This document shows, piece after piece, positions 39,815-53,141 of a stretch of DNA of 64,000 nucleotides; position 1 is the first letter of the stretch, and each line of letters begins with the position of its first letter. Origin of the DNA: Epithemia pelagica (taxonomy: Eukaryota > Protista > Bacillariophyta); NCBI GenBank assembly GCA_946965045.2, contig OX337232.1, forward strand, positions 3,224,001 through 3,288,000, in the 5' to 3' direction. A model generated the notes under the pieces. It was not told where the DNA came from. It did not search any database and saw only the letters and a list, made by a program, of their open reading frames with translations. The position numbers and the translations under genes were made by a program.

Positions 39815-41656
39815 CTAACCAAACCAAAATGGTTGTGTAATGGCTGAAAGATCCCGCGACTGTCGAGGAGAGGAAGATGGAGAAGTAGACGCCAGGACTG
39901 TTGTCGTTGTTTTAACGGGTTCGTTTGTTGATGTCTTCGTTGGCTCTGTGGTCCCAGAATCGTTTCGATCTTGGTGGGTGTTGTCGCCGACCTCGTCCTC
40001 CTGGCCTTGGTGGTCTTCTTGTTCTCCTCCTCTCTTTTTATCCAAAAGCACTTGCAAGGCTGTATTTTTCTCTTCGACAACCTTTAACTCTTCCTTCAAG
40101 ACTTGAATTTCTTTCAAAGCCTCGTTCCTAGCCTTCTCACTCTTGTCTATGTCATTCCGTAGTACAGAAATGCGTGTCAGTAAGTTTCGTTTATCACATT
40201 GAGCCTTGCTCTTCACGGTTTCCACTTCCTTTTGGAGTTCACGGAATTGGTGCTGCAATTGTGTTTCGGTGAGAGCTTTGTTCTGGACGGATTTTACTTC
40301 CTGCTCGAGTTTCCATATTTGTCGCTGCAATGATTCTTTTTCTGCACGAGCCCTGTTCTTTCTGGCTACGGACTGTTTTTGGAAAATGTTGAAGTCTTCC
40401 CGCAATGCTTCTGTTGCTTCGAGAGCTGTCTTGATTGCGTCCTTTTCTTCACAATCCGTCTTGTTGTTTTGGGTCTCAATCTCTGTGGCCATGGTACCAA
40501 CGTGTTGATGCAGAGCTTCTTCTTGGTTATTGACAGCTGTGTTGTTGTCCAACATTTTTGTCTGAGATTGAGTCGATCTTGTTGTTGGAGATTGGTCGTA
40601 TGCTGGAATCTGAAAAGGATCTGCTTCAGTTTGAAGGCTGCAAAGACTGCAGCCAGTCCAGTCCAGTGACATGACTGTAGCTTCCTCGGGCAGCGTGTTG
40701 AAAGACGCAATGGCTTTTTCAGTTCTTGGAACAGACACAAGCTCGTTCAATCGACTGTCTTTGCTCACAGTGTCTTGAGTGACTGGGACTGAGTCGCAAT
40801 CTGGTGCCTCCTTGGGTCGTTTGAAGGTCTTTGTAGATGTGATCCCTTTGCCGGTAGCATCAGGAGTGTTGAGGGACGCATTGGCAATTACAGTTCTCGG
40901 AGCCGACACAAGCTCGTTCAATCCACCGTCTTTGCTCACAGCGTCTTGAGTGACTGGGTCTGAGTCGCAATCTGGTGCCTCCTTGGGTCGTTTGAAGGTC
41001 TTTGTAGATGTGATCCCTTTGCCGGTAGCATCAGGAGCGTTGAGGGACGCATTGGCAATTACAGTTATCGGAACCGACATAAGCTCGTTCAATCCACCGT
41101 CTTTGCTCACAGTATCTTGAGTGACTGGGTCTGAGTCGCAATCTGGTGCCTCCTTGGGTCGTTTGAAGGTCTTTGTAGATGTGATCCCTTTGCCGGTAGC
41201 ATCAGGAGTGTTGAGGGACGCATTGGCAATTACAGTTCTCGGAGCCGACACAAGCTCGTTCAATCCACCGTCTTTGCTCACAGTGTCTTGAGTGACTGGG
41301 TCTGAGTCGCAATCTGGTGCCTCCTTGGGACGTTTCAAGGTCTTTGTAGATGTGATCCCTTTGCCGGTAACATCAGCAGGGTTGAGGGAAGCATTGGCAC
41401 TTGCAGTTCTCGGAACATACGGAACAACCTCATCCCATGGACAGCTTTTGCTCACATTATCAGGAGTGACTGGGACTGAGTCGCAATCTGGTGCCTTCTT
41501 GTGTCGTTTCAAGGTTTTGGTAGATGTGATCCTTTTGCAGGTAATATCAGTAGTGTTGAGGGACGCATTGGCACATGCAGGTTTCGGAACAGACACAAAT
41601 TCGTTCAATCCACCATCGTTGCTCACATTATCAGGAGTGACTGGGGGTGAGTTCAA
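39815..41656 (-). CDS. Hypothetical protein with 57-aa tandem repeats and a C-terminal coiled coil; probably a frameshifted 3' part of a longer gene
   Basis: Long ORF; the repeats continue upstream in other frames. Confidence 0.5.
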   Translation of the reverse strand: MNSPPVTPDNVSNDGGLNEFVSVPKPACANASLNTTDITCKRITSTKTLKRHKKAPDCDSVPVTPDNVSKSCPWDEVVPYVPRTASANASLNPADVTGKGITSTKTLKRPKEAPDCDSDPVTQDTVSKDGGLNELVSAPRTVIANASLNTPDATGKGITSTKTFKRPKEAPDCDSDPVTQDTVSKDGGLNELMSVPITVIANASLNAPDATGKGITSTKTFKRPKEAPDCDSDPVTQDAVSKDGGLNELVSAPRTVIANASLNTPDATGKGITSTKTFKRPKEAPDCDSVPVTQDTVSKDSRLNELVSVPRTEKAIASFNTLPEEATVMSLDWTGCSLCSLQTEADPFQIPAYDQSPTTRSTQSQTKMLDNNTAVNNQEEALHQHVGTMATEIETQNNKTDCEEKDAIKTALEATEALREDFNIFQKQSVARKNRARAEKESLQRQIWKLEQEVKSVQNKALTETQLQHQFRELQKEVETVKSKAQCDKRNLLTRISVLRNDIDKSEKARNEALKEIQVLKEELKVVEEKNTALQVLLDKKRGGEQEDHQGQEDEVGDNTHQDRNDSGTTEPTKTSTNEPVKTTTTVLASTSPSSSPRQSRDLSAITQPFWFG

Positions 41657-42248
41657 TCTGGTGCCTCCTTGGGTCGTTTGAAGCTCTTTGTAGATGTGAT
41701 TCTTTTGCAGGTAGCATCAGTAGTGTTGAGCGACGCATTGACACTTGCAGCTTTTGGAACAGACATAAGCTCGTTCAATCCACCGTCTTTGCTCACAGTG
41801 TCTTGAGTGACTGGGTCTGAGTCGCAATTTGGCGCCTCCTTGGGTCGTTTCAGAGGCTTTGTAGATGTGATTCTTTTGCAGGTAGCATCAGTAGTGTTGA
41901 GCGACGCATTGACACTTGCAGCTTTTGGAACAGACACAAGCTCGTTCAATCCACCGTCTTTGCTCACAGTGTCTTGAGTGACTGGGTCTGAGTTCAATCT
42001 GGTGCCTCCTTGGGTCGTTTGAAGGTCTTTGTAGATGTGATTCTTTTGCAGGTAGCATCAGTAGTGTTGAGCGACGCATTGACACTTCAGCTTTTGGAAC
42101 AGACACAAGCTCGTTCAATCCACCGTCTTTGCTCACAGTGTCTTGAGTGACTGGGTCTGAGTCGCAATTTGGCGCCTCCTTGGGTCGTTTCAGAGGCTTT
42201 GTAGATGTGATCCTTTTGCAAGTAGCATCAGTAGTGTTGGGGGACGCA
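40728..42248 (-). repeat. Coding minisatellite, ~9 units of 170-174 bp (mode 171)
   Basis: Marker CTGGTGCC recurs at 40801, 40972, 41143, 41314, 41488, 41658, 41829, 41999 and 42169. Confidence 0.92.
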
Positions 42249-43597
42249 ATCCATGATTTTTCAGAATGTCTTCCTCAATTGGGGGCCATGATTCTGGGAC
42301 GTGCCACTCGCCCGGGGAAGCGCATACTGTTGGATTTTCACGAATGGATCGGGAGGATCTGGCGGTCGATCGACGACAACGGCTCATCCTGGCAACGGCA
42401 GATCCAACAAGAAAACGTTTCTACAGTCTATTCAGATGATGGAACCAAAAGATTTTTTCTGGCTAAGGATACGGGTGCGAGCATATCTTTTCTTGTAGAT
42501 TGATGGATATATGGGTATGGGTGCGAGCATATCTTTTTTGTTGATTGATCGCGCGAGGAAGTCACCAGTCGCAGTCGCAGATGCTTCCATGCATGGAAGC
42601 GCAAAGGTGTGTAGGTAGTTCACGCCAAAACTCCATATCATCCGTGAATGGATAGCAAAGTCCTCATTCGGTTTGACCCATACATTCATTTCGGCAAATC
42701 GCATAATGCTGTAGTGCCCCTTGAACTATTGAATTTTGCCAGACAAGACAGCCTAGCTGGGCTAAGGTGGTTTCGCACCACACAAATACTCTGCAGATGG
42801 GATCCATTCAGAAACCAAGACGGTAGATTTGTTTGCGTTTCGTTTGCTCCATTCTTCTTGTATGTGTTGTGTAATGCCCCGTTCTTTCGGTGCATTGTTG
42901 TGATGGTTGCGGACACTGATGTCACCCTTGTTACTTGTTATCGACACGCACGTGTTTGTCCGTCCCTGTGTTGAAATACATCCAATCACTCTTGTCCTCC
43001 GGATGAAGCGGATGACACCATCCACTATTACAGAACATTTCTAAAGCACTTCTTCTTTGCCTTTCTTGGCACAACCTCGACGTTTCAGAATCCTCAGATC
43101 CCTGTTGTCAAAGCAAGCCATTGCTATTGACAGTGACGAGGAAAAGGACTGGAACCATCAAGAGGGCCACCCGCTTTGGTTTGTGCCGGGCCGCTGGTAA
43201 ATTTCCATGTTGGTCGGGCTGGGTGATAGATGCGGCAGGATGCAGTCGCCGCAAGAGTGGCAGCTTTTGCGCTCCGGAAAGGCGATCCTCTGTGGGCAAA
43301 AGGCAAACCTGTGACGAACAACAAACCATCCGCCATACCAAACGGGTCGGAGGATTTGTTTGTTTTTACGGAATACAAATGGTCTTTTGCCGGTTCATTC
43401 TTGTCTTTCTCTCGTTGCATGTGCGCCTGACTAGCATGGCACTCCTCTCCAAAACATGACAATATGCTCGCTTTCGAATCACGAAACAGGGAATCCAATC
43501 TCTTCTCCGAAAAGAATCACGGACCGCACGATTTCCAAACTCAATCTCTGCGCACGCCAGTGCTTTTTAACTATACCGTCGTCGCGCCGTTTGCCAT

Positions 43598-45542
43598 TCA
43601 TGTCGTGGACTGTAGAGCCTGTTGAGCCGCCTCGAGTTGTGCCACGGCCTGGTCAATGCATTGATACCCACAACCAAAATCACGATCATAACAGGCTTCC
43701 ATGGGAAGCAGTGGTTTTCCATTACGGGTACATCCCGATCCAATGCGAAATCCACAATAGGTTTGGACCCATCCTTGCCATTGTCGATAGTCGTGCAAGG
43801 CTCGAGCAAAGCGGTCCGGTCCCAACCGGGCAATGGTCCTATCCAAACTGGCATTGGCGGCACGGTACAAGAGTTGATCGGCATAGGTCCGGGCCAACCA
43901 CGTGGGTGAGGACGACAGGTACTCGCGAACGACGCGAGACATGGGTTGCGTGCCAGGTCGGGTACACTGACCCTTGTGACGACCAAACCGACTCAAAATG
44001 TATCCGCCACTGTCGTCGGCTGGTGTTGGTGCATCGCTCTTCTTCGTTTGATTGGTTGCGGCAGAGGCTGCTACCTTGGCATTGGACAAGACGACATGGG
44101 ACAGGGGAATGCCCATGACAAGGGCCAAGGCCACGACGGATTCTTCCATGCGATCCACGACAAGCATAAAGTCATAGGATTGTAACACGGCTTGCACCTT
44201 GCGTTGGACCACGTGTGGATGACGCACCAATGTGGGATGGTCGGGATTCCACACGGACTGGGCGGCCACGGGTTCGATCGACAGCCAATTGTATTGAAAG
44301 CCGCCTAATAGAATATACAAAACAACCATAAGAAAAGCGCCATGAACAATCAAAGTTTCAACCATGAGCATATCCATAAGCATACAACAGAAACGATCAA
44401 TACCGTGACCCAACCACAGTGTGCAGAGACAGTCTCCATGAGATGCTCCGCTTCGAATGTATTGCATTGACATGGTACTCACCTTTGCCATTGGTATTGC
44501 CACCCGACCGGGTACTTTCCACGGCTTGAAGAATATTGGCGTCGGTGGGCGGAATCCGTCGCGGTCCGAGTTGAAAAAACCAGGCCGAACTATACACGCG
44601 GGATCCTGGTTCTCGAATGGATCCCACCAAGAAAAAGGGACGGCCCGTGGGGGTCGGCAATGACGAATTGTGGTGGTGGTGGTGTTCCATCCGTACTTGG
44701 TGTTGATAGTGACGGCCGGGTCGATGATACCAATGAACGGTCCGACAGGCCGATTGGGTGGCAATCCTTAACACGAGACCGGCACTGGTCGACGAGGCTG
44801 CCTTGGGAACCTTGATCAAGATTAACCCGCCGCCCTGGCCTCCAGCTTCCTGGGTGGGAATCACGGGAGTTGTAGTGTTGGTGTCGCGTGACTGGGGATC
44901 CGCCGCTGCATGACACCAACTCTTCTTGTCGTGGGATCGGTCCGGAAAGGCCCGGGCCAATGGCGCTGCCGTTTGTTGCAGACAGGATTCCGTCACACAC
45001 ACAGAAACATATTCGTCACCAGGAGTTGTGGTTGTGGTTGTTAGTGTGGACGATGACACGGATAAGGATGATGATGACGGCGTGTGCCGGCTGGACGGTC
45101 CATCACTTGACGTGGTCCACACATTGTGTTTGGGGGGAACCGGGGATGCCGCAGCATCAACAGCAGCACTCGATGCGTCCAAGGATTGGGATGAATGGTC
45201 GCCGAGGCGTTGCTGGGGTGGTGAATGGATCCAAGTGCGATTGCTACTACTATTGTGACCTTCCAGTACCATCTCGATCGGATCAAGATGGACCCACAAA
45301 GAGTCGTTGTAGTAGTTGTTGCTGTCAAACTGCCACCATCGCAAATAATACGAGGCCACGGTCGAGCAAAGGAAAATGCCCATTATCATTATCCAGGCGA
45401 TTCGGCCATGCCTGGATCGACAGCTCGATCGTCGTCGAGTCGTCGTGGGTGGTTCTTGTCGCAGCAAATGATTGGACGCCCTCGTTTGTTTGACAGGTCG
45501 GACCGTACAAGAAGAAGAAGAATCCATCCGGGGTCGTGTCAT
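43598..45542 (-). CDS. Type II membrane sulfotransferase (galactose-3-O-sulfotransferase-like); 2 exons, 588 aa
   Basis: Exons 45542-44483 and 44304-43598 (GT-AG; 1,767 nt, in frame). N-terminal TM segment; 5'PSB IKVPKAASST; 3'PB IREPGSRVYS; YDFMLVVDRMEESVVAL; DQLLYRAANASLD. Confidence 0.82.
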
Positions 45543-46451
45543 GTTCGTAAAACTACAATCGAGAGTCTGTGTAGTTTCGTGGTCGTCAAGTTTACGAATG
45601 TTGTGGCAAAAGGTTTGTGCGGATGGAGCAGTGTTGTTGCTCTATCCATCCAGGTGATCGTACAGCACTTGCGCTGATCCAAGCCTCTTCAGACTGCCAT
45701 GCTATGTAACTGTATCGAAAGATCGATTCTTGTCGGTTCTTTAGTTTGTGTTGTGTTGATATACCATGGTCATCGACATGACTCACGGTCACCGTTGTTT
45801 TGTGAAATGGACCCAAAAGTCATTCCGAACAACTTCCGCGACGCTTCTGCGACTCAAATTGTTTTGGTATTTGGCAGGGCATGACTGCCCGCGTTCGTGG
45901 CGCGCAGGGGGACTCTCATTCACCGTGCGCGGGACTTTGGCCACACTTCCCATTTTTTATCCTATTGACGACACCCTATTCCGGTACTTAAGATTTGATC
46001 ATCCACGAAAGAACGACACAGTGGGGGGAGGGGGGGGGGGACCAAGAAGGGGACTGGAACGGGGACCCAACCAAAGTGGTGGTGGTGGTGGTTGTGGTTG
46101 TGCCACGGGCGTGGAACGATTCCGTAATTGTCGAGGAGAAGAGGATGGGAACGTCGTGGACGCACGGATTGTTGTTGTCGTTGTTGTTGTATCGGGATAT
46201 GGTTTGTCGCCGTCCTGTGGTTGCCTCTCCGTGGCCCGTTTCTTGGTGGAACGAAACACCGTGGTCTCCAAGGACAGTCCATAACGCGACAGTGACAGTT
46301 AATGTAGGCTTAAATCGTGACTAAAAACATGCATTACTTGACTATCGTTGCATAGACGAAAGCTGCCTTTCAGTCCTCGTTTATTCTGCTTTCTGCTGCT
46401 CTCATACACCTCAACCTCTAGATTGACCATCAGCCATTCCCACGACACATT

Positions 46452-49400
46452 CTACGACTCTTCGGTTTCTTGTGTTTCGGCTCGTTTCGTTGCCAGTTCC
46501 TCATCGTACTTTTGCCTGGCCACCAAAGAGCAAAGTGTGTTGCGGGCCTCCAACAAACGTCGAAAAATAAAGGCCGAATCCTCTTGGCTTCGTTTGTCGG
46601 GGTGAAAAATCTTGGAAAGCTCGCTAAATTTGCTGCGAATCGTTTTGGATAACGCATCCGGTGCAACACCCAAAATCTCATAGTGCGTGGCGTCTTCGCG
46701 GTAAAAGACTGCCACATCATCTTCGGGATGTGTCTTATATTCCAAAAGAAACTGGTTCGTCTTTCTTCGCGCTTCCTGATCTCGAGTAAAGTGATCCTGG
46801 AGACGACGTTCTCGCTCCTCTAGATACTTTTGCTTAATGTCATTGCTGTCAAAGGCCGTTTTCGCTGGCATCATACCATTCACTTCTTCCAGGTAGGCGA
46901 GTATTTCTGACCGACTGGTCAAGCCATTTGACAATGCCTCTCGAAATGCAATAGAGCGGTAGTGATTTCGTTCAGCCCGTTCCACAGTTTTTCGATCAGT
47001 CTGCAGTTTTTGTCCATATATTTCTTCTCGTCGTTTGTTCAGAAACGAATAGAGCTTTCTGGTCCTGCGCATTTCGTCGATTTCATCACTTGTCACATTT
47101 AGTTCTTTCTCAAGACGCTTTACATTTAGCACCATGCTGATGTAGGAAGTTGTTGTGAGAACCTGTAAAATTCAATTGAAGATCAAGAAAAACTTGCAAC
47201 TTACCTCAAACTCCCATCAGCTCCTTGACGTGCACATCGACCCTTGATTTGGATTTCTTCGGACAAATCAGTGGAGAAAAAAGCCTGAATGACGTGGGCC
47301 CCACCGGCTTCAAGCATCTCTGTATCGTAGTTCTTGAAATCGGTGCCACGGCCGTACTCACGAATCATCAAAGTAATGGCACCCCTTTGTGTTGCTTGTA
47401 TGAATGCAGATGATTTTTCGGTGGGGGAAGTTGCTTCAGTGATAACTTGAGTGATTTTGCGCAAAGGATCCATCACCGAAGACTCATAGAAACGTAGAAG
47501 CGTTCCACTGGAGTCAAAGAAGATCAAAATGCTTCGTTTGATGCTTCTGTTGCCATTCTTGGGTATCTGCCGCCTGTCAATTTCGTTCTTGATCTCCAAG
47601 AAATGATCTTCCTCTGTATCGCAAAGACACACGTCTAGCAAAGTCACAAGAGTCCGTTAGTTTGGTCAAGGAGAACAGACACCTCCAAGACAATGGCAAA
47701 GACGTACCCTGTTCTGAATCTCCCGCAAATTTCAGTTTGTTGTTGCCATATACCGATGGAATATATGAGTACTTCTCAATCCTATAATCGGTTTCGAGGA
47801 CAGTTTTCGCTTCAAGCTTTAGGTCTTTCAGAGTCCTAGTGACACCGAGAATGACATCATAGAGGAAAGGAATTTCTGCATAAGAGAAATCTCCAAAGTT
47901 AAAATCCCACGATATAAACCACTCAGCCTGTTCAGAAGAAACGTTTCCCATTTCCGCTTCCTTCATGTACGCGAATGTTGTTTTGTAGCCGTAACAATAC
48001 CTTGTCGTAGTCCCGTCAAAATACTTGTATGCGATTTTACCATCAGCGATGCTATACGAGCTGTCATGTTTCCCTTGTCGAACACAGATGGCATCATCAA
48101 TCATGCCGAGTAACGTCTCTTTTGCGAGCTTATGCGCATCATAGGCTATGGTTTCCAAGAACTGACGAACCTCCGTTGATGACAAAAGAGTGTTTCTGTC
48201 CTTCTCCTGACAATGTTTCCAAATGAATCGGAAAAGATTCTTGATTTTGTCCTGCCCCATGACATCGCGAATATACACGTTCGAAAAACACGTTGAACCA
48301 TAGATCTCAGGCGAGAACATCACATCAACTTCGTCCAGAAGCAGAACTTTCAAACAACTTGACCATTCATTTACCGATGATATTTTCCGTTTTTTTGATA
48401 CTCGATGTGTGCCTTCTGGTCGCTGTATGAAGCCTTTCAATAAATCTCTGGTCTGTTCGTTACCGTCGACAGCAAATCCAACATCCATCATCGTTGAGTA
48501 GGAGATCAACCCGTGAACTCCAAAAGCTTCGAAAATGTATTTGAAATCAGAGCAATCCCGATCGCTCAGGAATTGGCTGTAACAAGCACATACGACTTCA
48601 CAATTAAACAATGCAAGAATAATTGATGTCACAGCGAGAACGATCGATTTTCCTTCGCCTGTCTTGATCTCGACTAAGTGACCACCAAGCTTTTGAAAGT
48701 CATTGTAGGTTGAGTTCAGTAGAAGGAGGATTGCAATGACTTGCGCAGGGTGTGGTTTTACAAGATATTCCGAGGTGTTGTTGTTCATACGAACTGAGAA
48801 AGCATCAATTTTGCTCAGAGACCAGTACGCAAAGACGTAGGCCGCTATTTTACACAGCTGGGCTTGATATCCCATAGAAAAATCGACAGCCGCACTCCGA
48901 GCTGCCCTCACAATGTCATCTAAACAGCCTTGCTTTGTTTCTTTGTTCTTCAGAATAGGAATTGATTCCAATATTATCTCTTTGTAGTTTTGGTTGAACA
49001 ACTCATATGAGTGCTTTATACTTGACTTTTCGCCCCCTGTCACCCCGAGTCTTTGGATGACGTAGTCGATTGTCTGTTTTGCCGTCGCACTGTTGAATAT
49101 GGCGTTTTGTCCCCCCTCGAAGCATTTGTGTTCCAGAAGCAATTGCCGTGCATATGTAGAGTCGTCACCCTCAACAGAATTTATCTCAAAGTAGAGATCC
49201 AGCAAAAATTTACCACGATCATCGGAGGCTTGTGATGCTTTCAAAATCATATCATCAATGAAAGCGTCGATCCGTTGACGCCAGAGTGGAATCTGACGAC
49301 TTGCCTTTTTTAGGTCAATACACAGGCTGGAAATCGAAGAGGCGTAGGGTTCAATCTGATGACCGATCTGTTCGAGATTAGACTCGAAATATCGCGATGA

Positions 49401-52400
49401 ATCATCCAATAGAACATTGGCATGAGAAGCTACCGCGCTGTCGACGCAAGAGAAAACAGTTTTTACAGACTGGAGATTCAAAAGGCAGGAATGAATTTTT
49501 GAAAATTCCACGCCGTACTTGGGAAATGAACGTAGCATCTTCTCAAGACGCCGTGCGACTTTTTCAGTTTCATGCTGAACTTTACTGACAGCGTCGGTAC
49601 CCAAGGAGCGAAGATCTTTCTGATCAATGTGATCTTTGAGCCATATTGCTTCTTTGGCAGCTTGAACTATTTCTGCGATATTCTTGCAAACCATGACAAT
49701 CGAATGTTCAACCACGTCGACTGCTGATATACAAAGAGAGATTGTCTGAATTTTCCCATGAAGCTTGATAATCAATGATTTTGTCTTGCATAACACGTCT
49801 TGATAATGCGGATATGCTGCGACTTTCGATTTTAGTTCTTTTGCAAAGTGAACACGTGGTAGAGGTAGTACGGCGAAAGCATCGATTGCTTCAAGCGATG
49901 TCGAGTTGCACGAAAGGTCGAGAAGAAGCGCCAGGTCTTGAATGTGCATCTGTGCCACCAGGTGATCTGGAAGTTTCGAAACTCCTTCGATTGCGCTAGA
50001 AAGACTCTTACAGGTCTCTTCCAAAATCCGAAGGGCATCGTGCTGATGTTCAATGATACGTTCAGCTAGGCACGGCAAGTCGACCTCCACTTTCAGGAAA
50101 CCCATGAAAAGAACCAGCTCGTTAGAAAGAGTCTTCGAAAGTGACGTTGCCATTTCCAAGGAGTTTTTATGTGCATCACATTCATGAGATATTCTGAAAG
50201 CACACTGTAATAGACACTTGTTTAGCTTTCTCGTGAGACTGCACACGAGCTCAGCAAGCTCGTCGCATCCGCAGTTCTGGTGCCACGAAAAAAAACTTAT
50301 CACTCGTTCCATGATATTCATTTTATTCCCATCTTCCAAGACTGTCTGCCAGGACATCCAATTTTCTGCTCTGGCGACATCATTCAGAATTTCCGAGCAG
50401 TGTTTCAAACCCCCTCTATCGAGTCTCGTCAGAAAGTGCTTGCATGCTTTTGCCGCCTTCTGTAGTTTACTTTCAAACTGTGATGCCTGGTCGCGGAAAG
50501 ACTCTGACAAATCTCTTGCAGATGCTTGAATATGGTAGATGTACTTCCTCTCTTCATTCAAACCATCTTGAAACACTGGTGACCATTTCGATAAGATATC
50601 GTACACCCTTTCAATATGAGAAAAGCGCTTAATAAGACCCGACAGGTCTTTATCCGCGTTGTTCAAATCCACGTTGGCATGTTCTTGAATGTCTGAGAGT
50701 TGTTTCTTTCCCTCCCGTGTTGCTCGTTGGAGATTTTCAACGAGTGTATTCTCGAACACAATCACAACTTTGTGGAGATCGTCCGTTGTTTCGATATTCT
50801 CCAAGACTAAACTGTGCGGTTTTTCACATACAAGAAGCAGAAGCATCCGATGCTCTTTCAATTCGTTGACAAGCACATTTGAAGGCAAAAGGTTGAAATT
50901 CTGTTCTCTGGAATTTTCGACGAGGACTGCCTTGGACGTATTGATTCGCTCCACGACTACGTCAAAAAGCTGGTGATACTGCGTCTCCAAAGAATTTCCC
51001 TTATCGATAACTTGTTCGTGACTCGCTTGTTGTGAATTCACCTCGAAAACAGAAGAAGATAAATCTCCAAGAAAAGAAAGACAGTCAAAGAAAAGTGTGA
51101 ACTTCGGAGGGGTGCTATCAACACAGCCGCGTGCTGTTTTCACCACTGTTCCGGTCACTGACGAAAGCCGAGTTAGAACTTCAAGAATGACGCAAACGGC
51201 GCCGTCGCATCCGTAACAACCCTCCATCCTTTGCAGTACATCTTTGAGTCGAATCAATGTTTGTTTGATGACAATCTTCTTTGACAAAGTAATGTCCAAC
51301 ATGTCTCTACTCTCTGGGTTGATTTCGAGATGAAGAATATCCTTTCCGATTCGGCGGAACATCGCTTTAACAGCGTCAGTGCATGTAGCTTTAGAATCTA
51401 CGGCACTCAATTTCGCCAGAAACTTCATTTCTTCAAGTGTCTTCAGATCCTCTTGAATGACAGTGATTGTTGCAGCAAAACAAGTCGAGTCCCCATCAAA
51501 GGAATCAATTTGTGACACATGGTGATTTAACTTGTCTACGGAATGAAGAATGTCTTCACGAATAATATCTTGGGCTTCTTTTGATGCCTTTTCACCTTCT
51601 TGGAGAACAGATGCAAGATCTTTCAGAACGTGCATTCGGCTCATGGCCGCCATGTAATTTTGAGAAGCCAATTCTCCCTTGAGAAGTTTAAGATTCAACA
51701 TGAGTTGATTCTGGAGTTGACCGAGCACCATGTTTGGTAATCGGGGCGAGAAGAAGCTCTGTGGGTCATCTAGCACAATATCACTAGCAAGAAGATGAGT
51801 CAGAATGCTTGAAGGTGCTGACTCATCCCCTTGGTCCGAAAGAGACAACATGAGAGCCTTGGGCTTTGTTTTCTTGACCATATCCGTCAAAAGGGGCCGA
51901 AGCCAACTGTCCGACGAGCCCAGGTCTTGAAGCACCTTGTTCAACTTTTTGCAAATCCGTGTCTCGTCACGAGGATCCATGCTCTTGGTAAACAGATAGC
52001 GAAACGCCCCAAAGTCTTTGCAGTTACCACCTCCAGTCATTCGGACAATCGTACTCATGGTATCCTTCAATGCTTGAAATCGATCTCCCAGCGCATCGCA
52101 GCTTAGGACTACGACGGGCCGTACCGACCTGGCACCCTGCAGTGCGCGGTAAAGACCCATGGCATTGACAAGTTTCAGGACTGGACCAGCCGAGTCTCCA
52201 AAACCTGGTGAATCGATGACAAGAATGCTCTTGCCGGATTCTAGTTGGACCGGAAAGGACTGAATGGTTCTCGTAACGGAGGTACTCCCACATCCAGTTC
52301 GAAAGGCCTTGAGTTCTTCCGACGGAAACTTAGACGGTTCGTAATGATCTGAACCATCCACTTCTTGTTCGGTAAACTCGACACCCGCCAAGTGAAGCAG

Positions 52401-53141
52401 GGTCGACGTTTTACCACTTCCAGAACTTCCGATCAACAAAAGAATATCCTGGTCTTGAATGCTAGAGGCGTGTATTTGGCTCTGTTTCAATAGCTTACAT
52501 AGCTCGCAAAGATCCAATGGGAATGCTTCTTGCACCAATTTTGAGATGGAATCGAGAATCTCTTGAGCCAACAATGAATTGGGAGCTTGAAGAAAGGTAC
52601 CAAGGGTTTCGAGGGTACAAGAAAGGCCTTGAAAGTGGCTTTGGAACGTTTCTATGACAGGGATGTAGTTTTTCAACAATTCAAGGCACACCGCATTGGA
52701 ATCCGACATGGCTGGATCGGAGGCATATACACCAAGGACGGAATAAATGTTGTCAAGAGTGTCTTCCACGAACAAGGACGAGTCCTTTTCTATCTCTGAG
52801 CTGGAATTGACTGTATCTCCGTTGGCCTTCTTGATGGGTTCCTCTTTGATTGATCCGCTCGCCACACTCTTCACAGGAGAATCTTGGCTACTATGGAGCT
52901 CATCTTTCGGTATGATCTTGTTGGAGGCCTCTTCTTGTTTAAGGACAGTATGCTCATGGTATTGCACATTCTTGTCATCTTCTTCTTCATCGTCATCGTC
53001 ATCGTCTTGGTTTCTTTGAGAATCTGTGAAGGCATCCTCCATGGGATGATCTACAACCATGTTCTGGTGGTCCTTATCGTGGTTGTCAGCCAGTTCCATC
53101 TCCATGGCTTCTTCCGTGGCTTGTTTCTTCTCGTCACCCAT
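46452..53141 (-). CDS. Giant protein (~2,182 aa): P-loop GTPase, helical region, SecA-like SF2 ATPase, J-domain; 3 exons
   Basis: Exons 53141-47708, 47634-47205 and 47136-46452 (GT-AG; 6,549 nt, in frame). GTPase GSSGSGKT/DSPGFGD; SecA-like PHPAQV, EIKTGEGKS, RD motif, DEVD, GRGTDF, QIKGRCARQG; J-domain HYEILGV...FHPDK. Confidence 0.85.

Noticed and set aside
40728-42248. 171-bp repeat as centromeric alpha-satellite or CRISPR
   Set aside because: The length match is coincidental; the units encode an in-frame 57-aa peptide and have no spacers.
42250-43500. Short ORFs upstream of the minisatellite as a gene or TE remnant
   Set aside because: No recognisable motifs or consistent splice model; may be the decayed 5' part of the repeat gene.
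47200-48800. Plastid/bacterial secA translocase
   Set aside because: It lacks the SecA N-terminal, cross-linking and wing domains and any plastid targeting signal, and it is embedded in a GTPase/J-domain protein.
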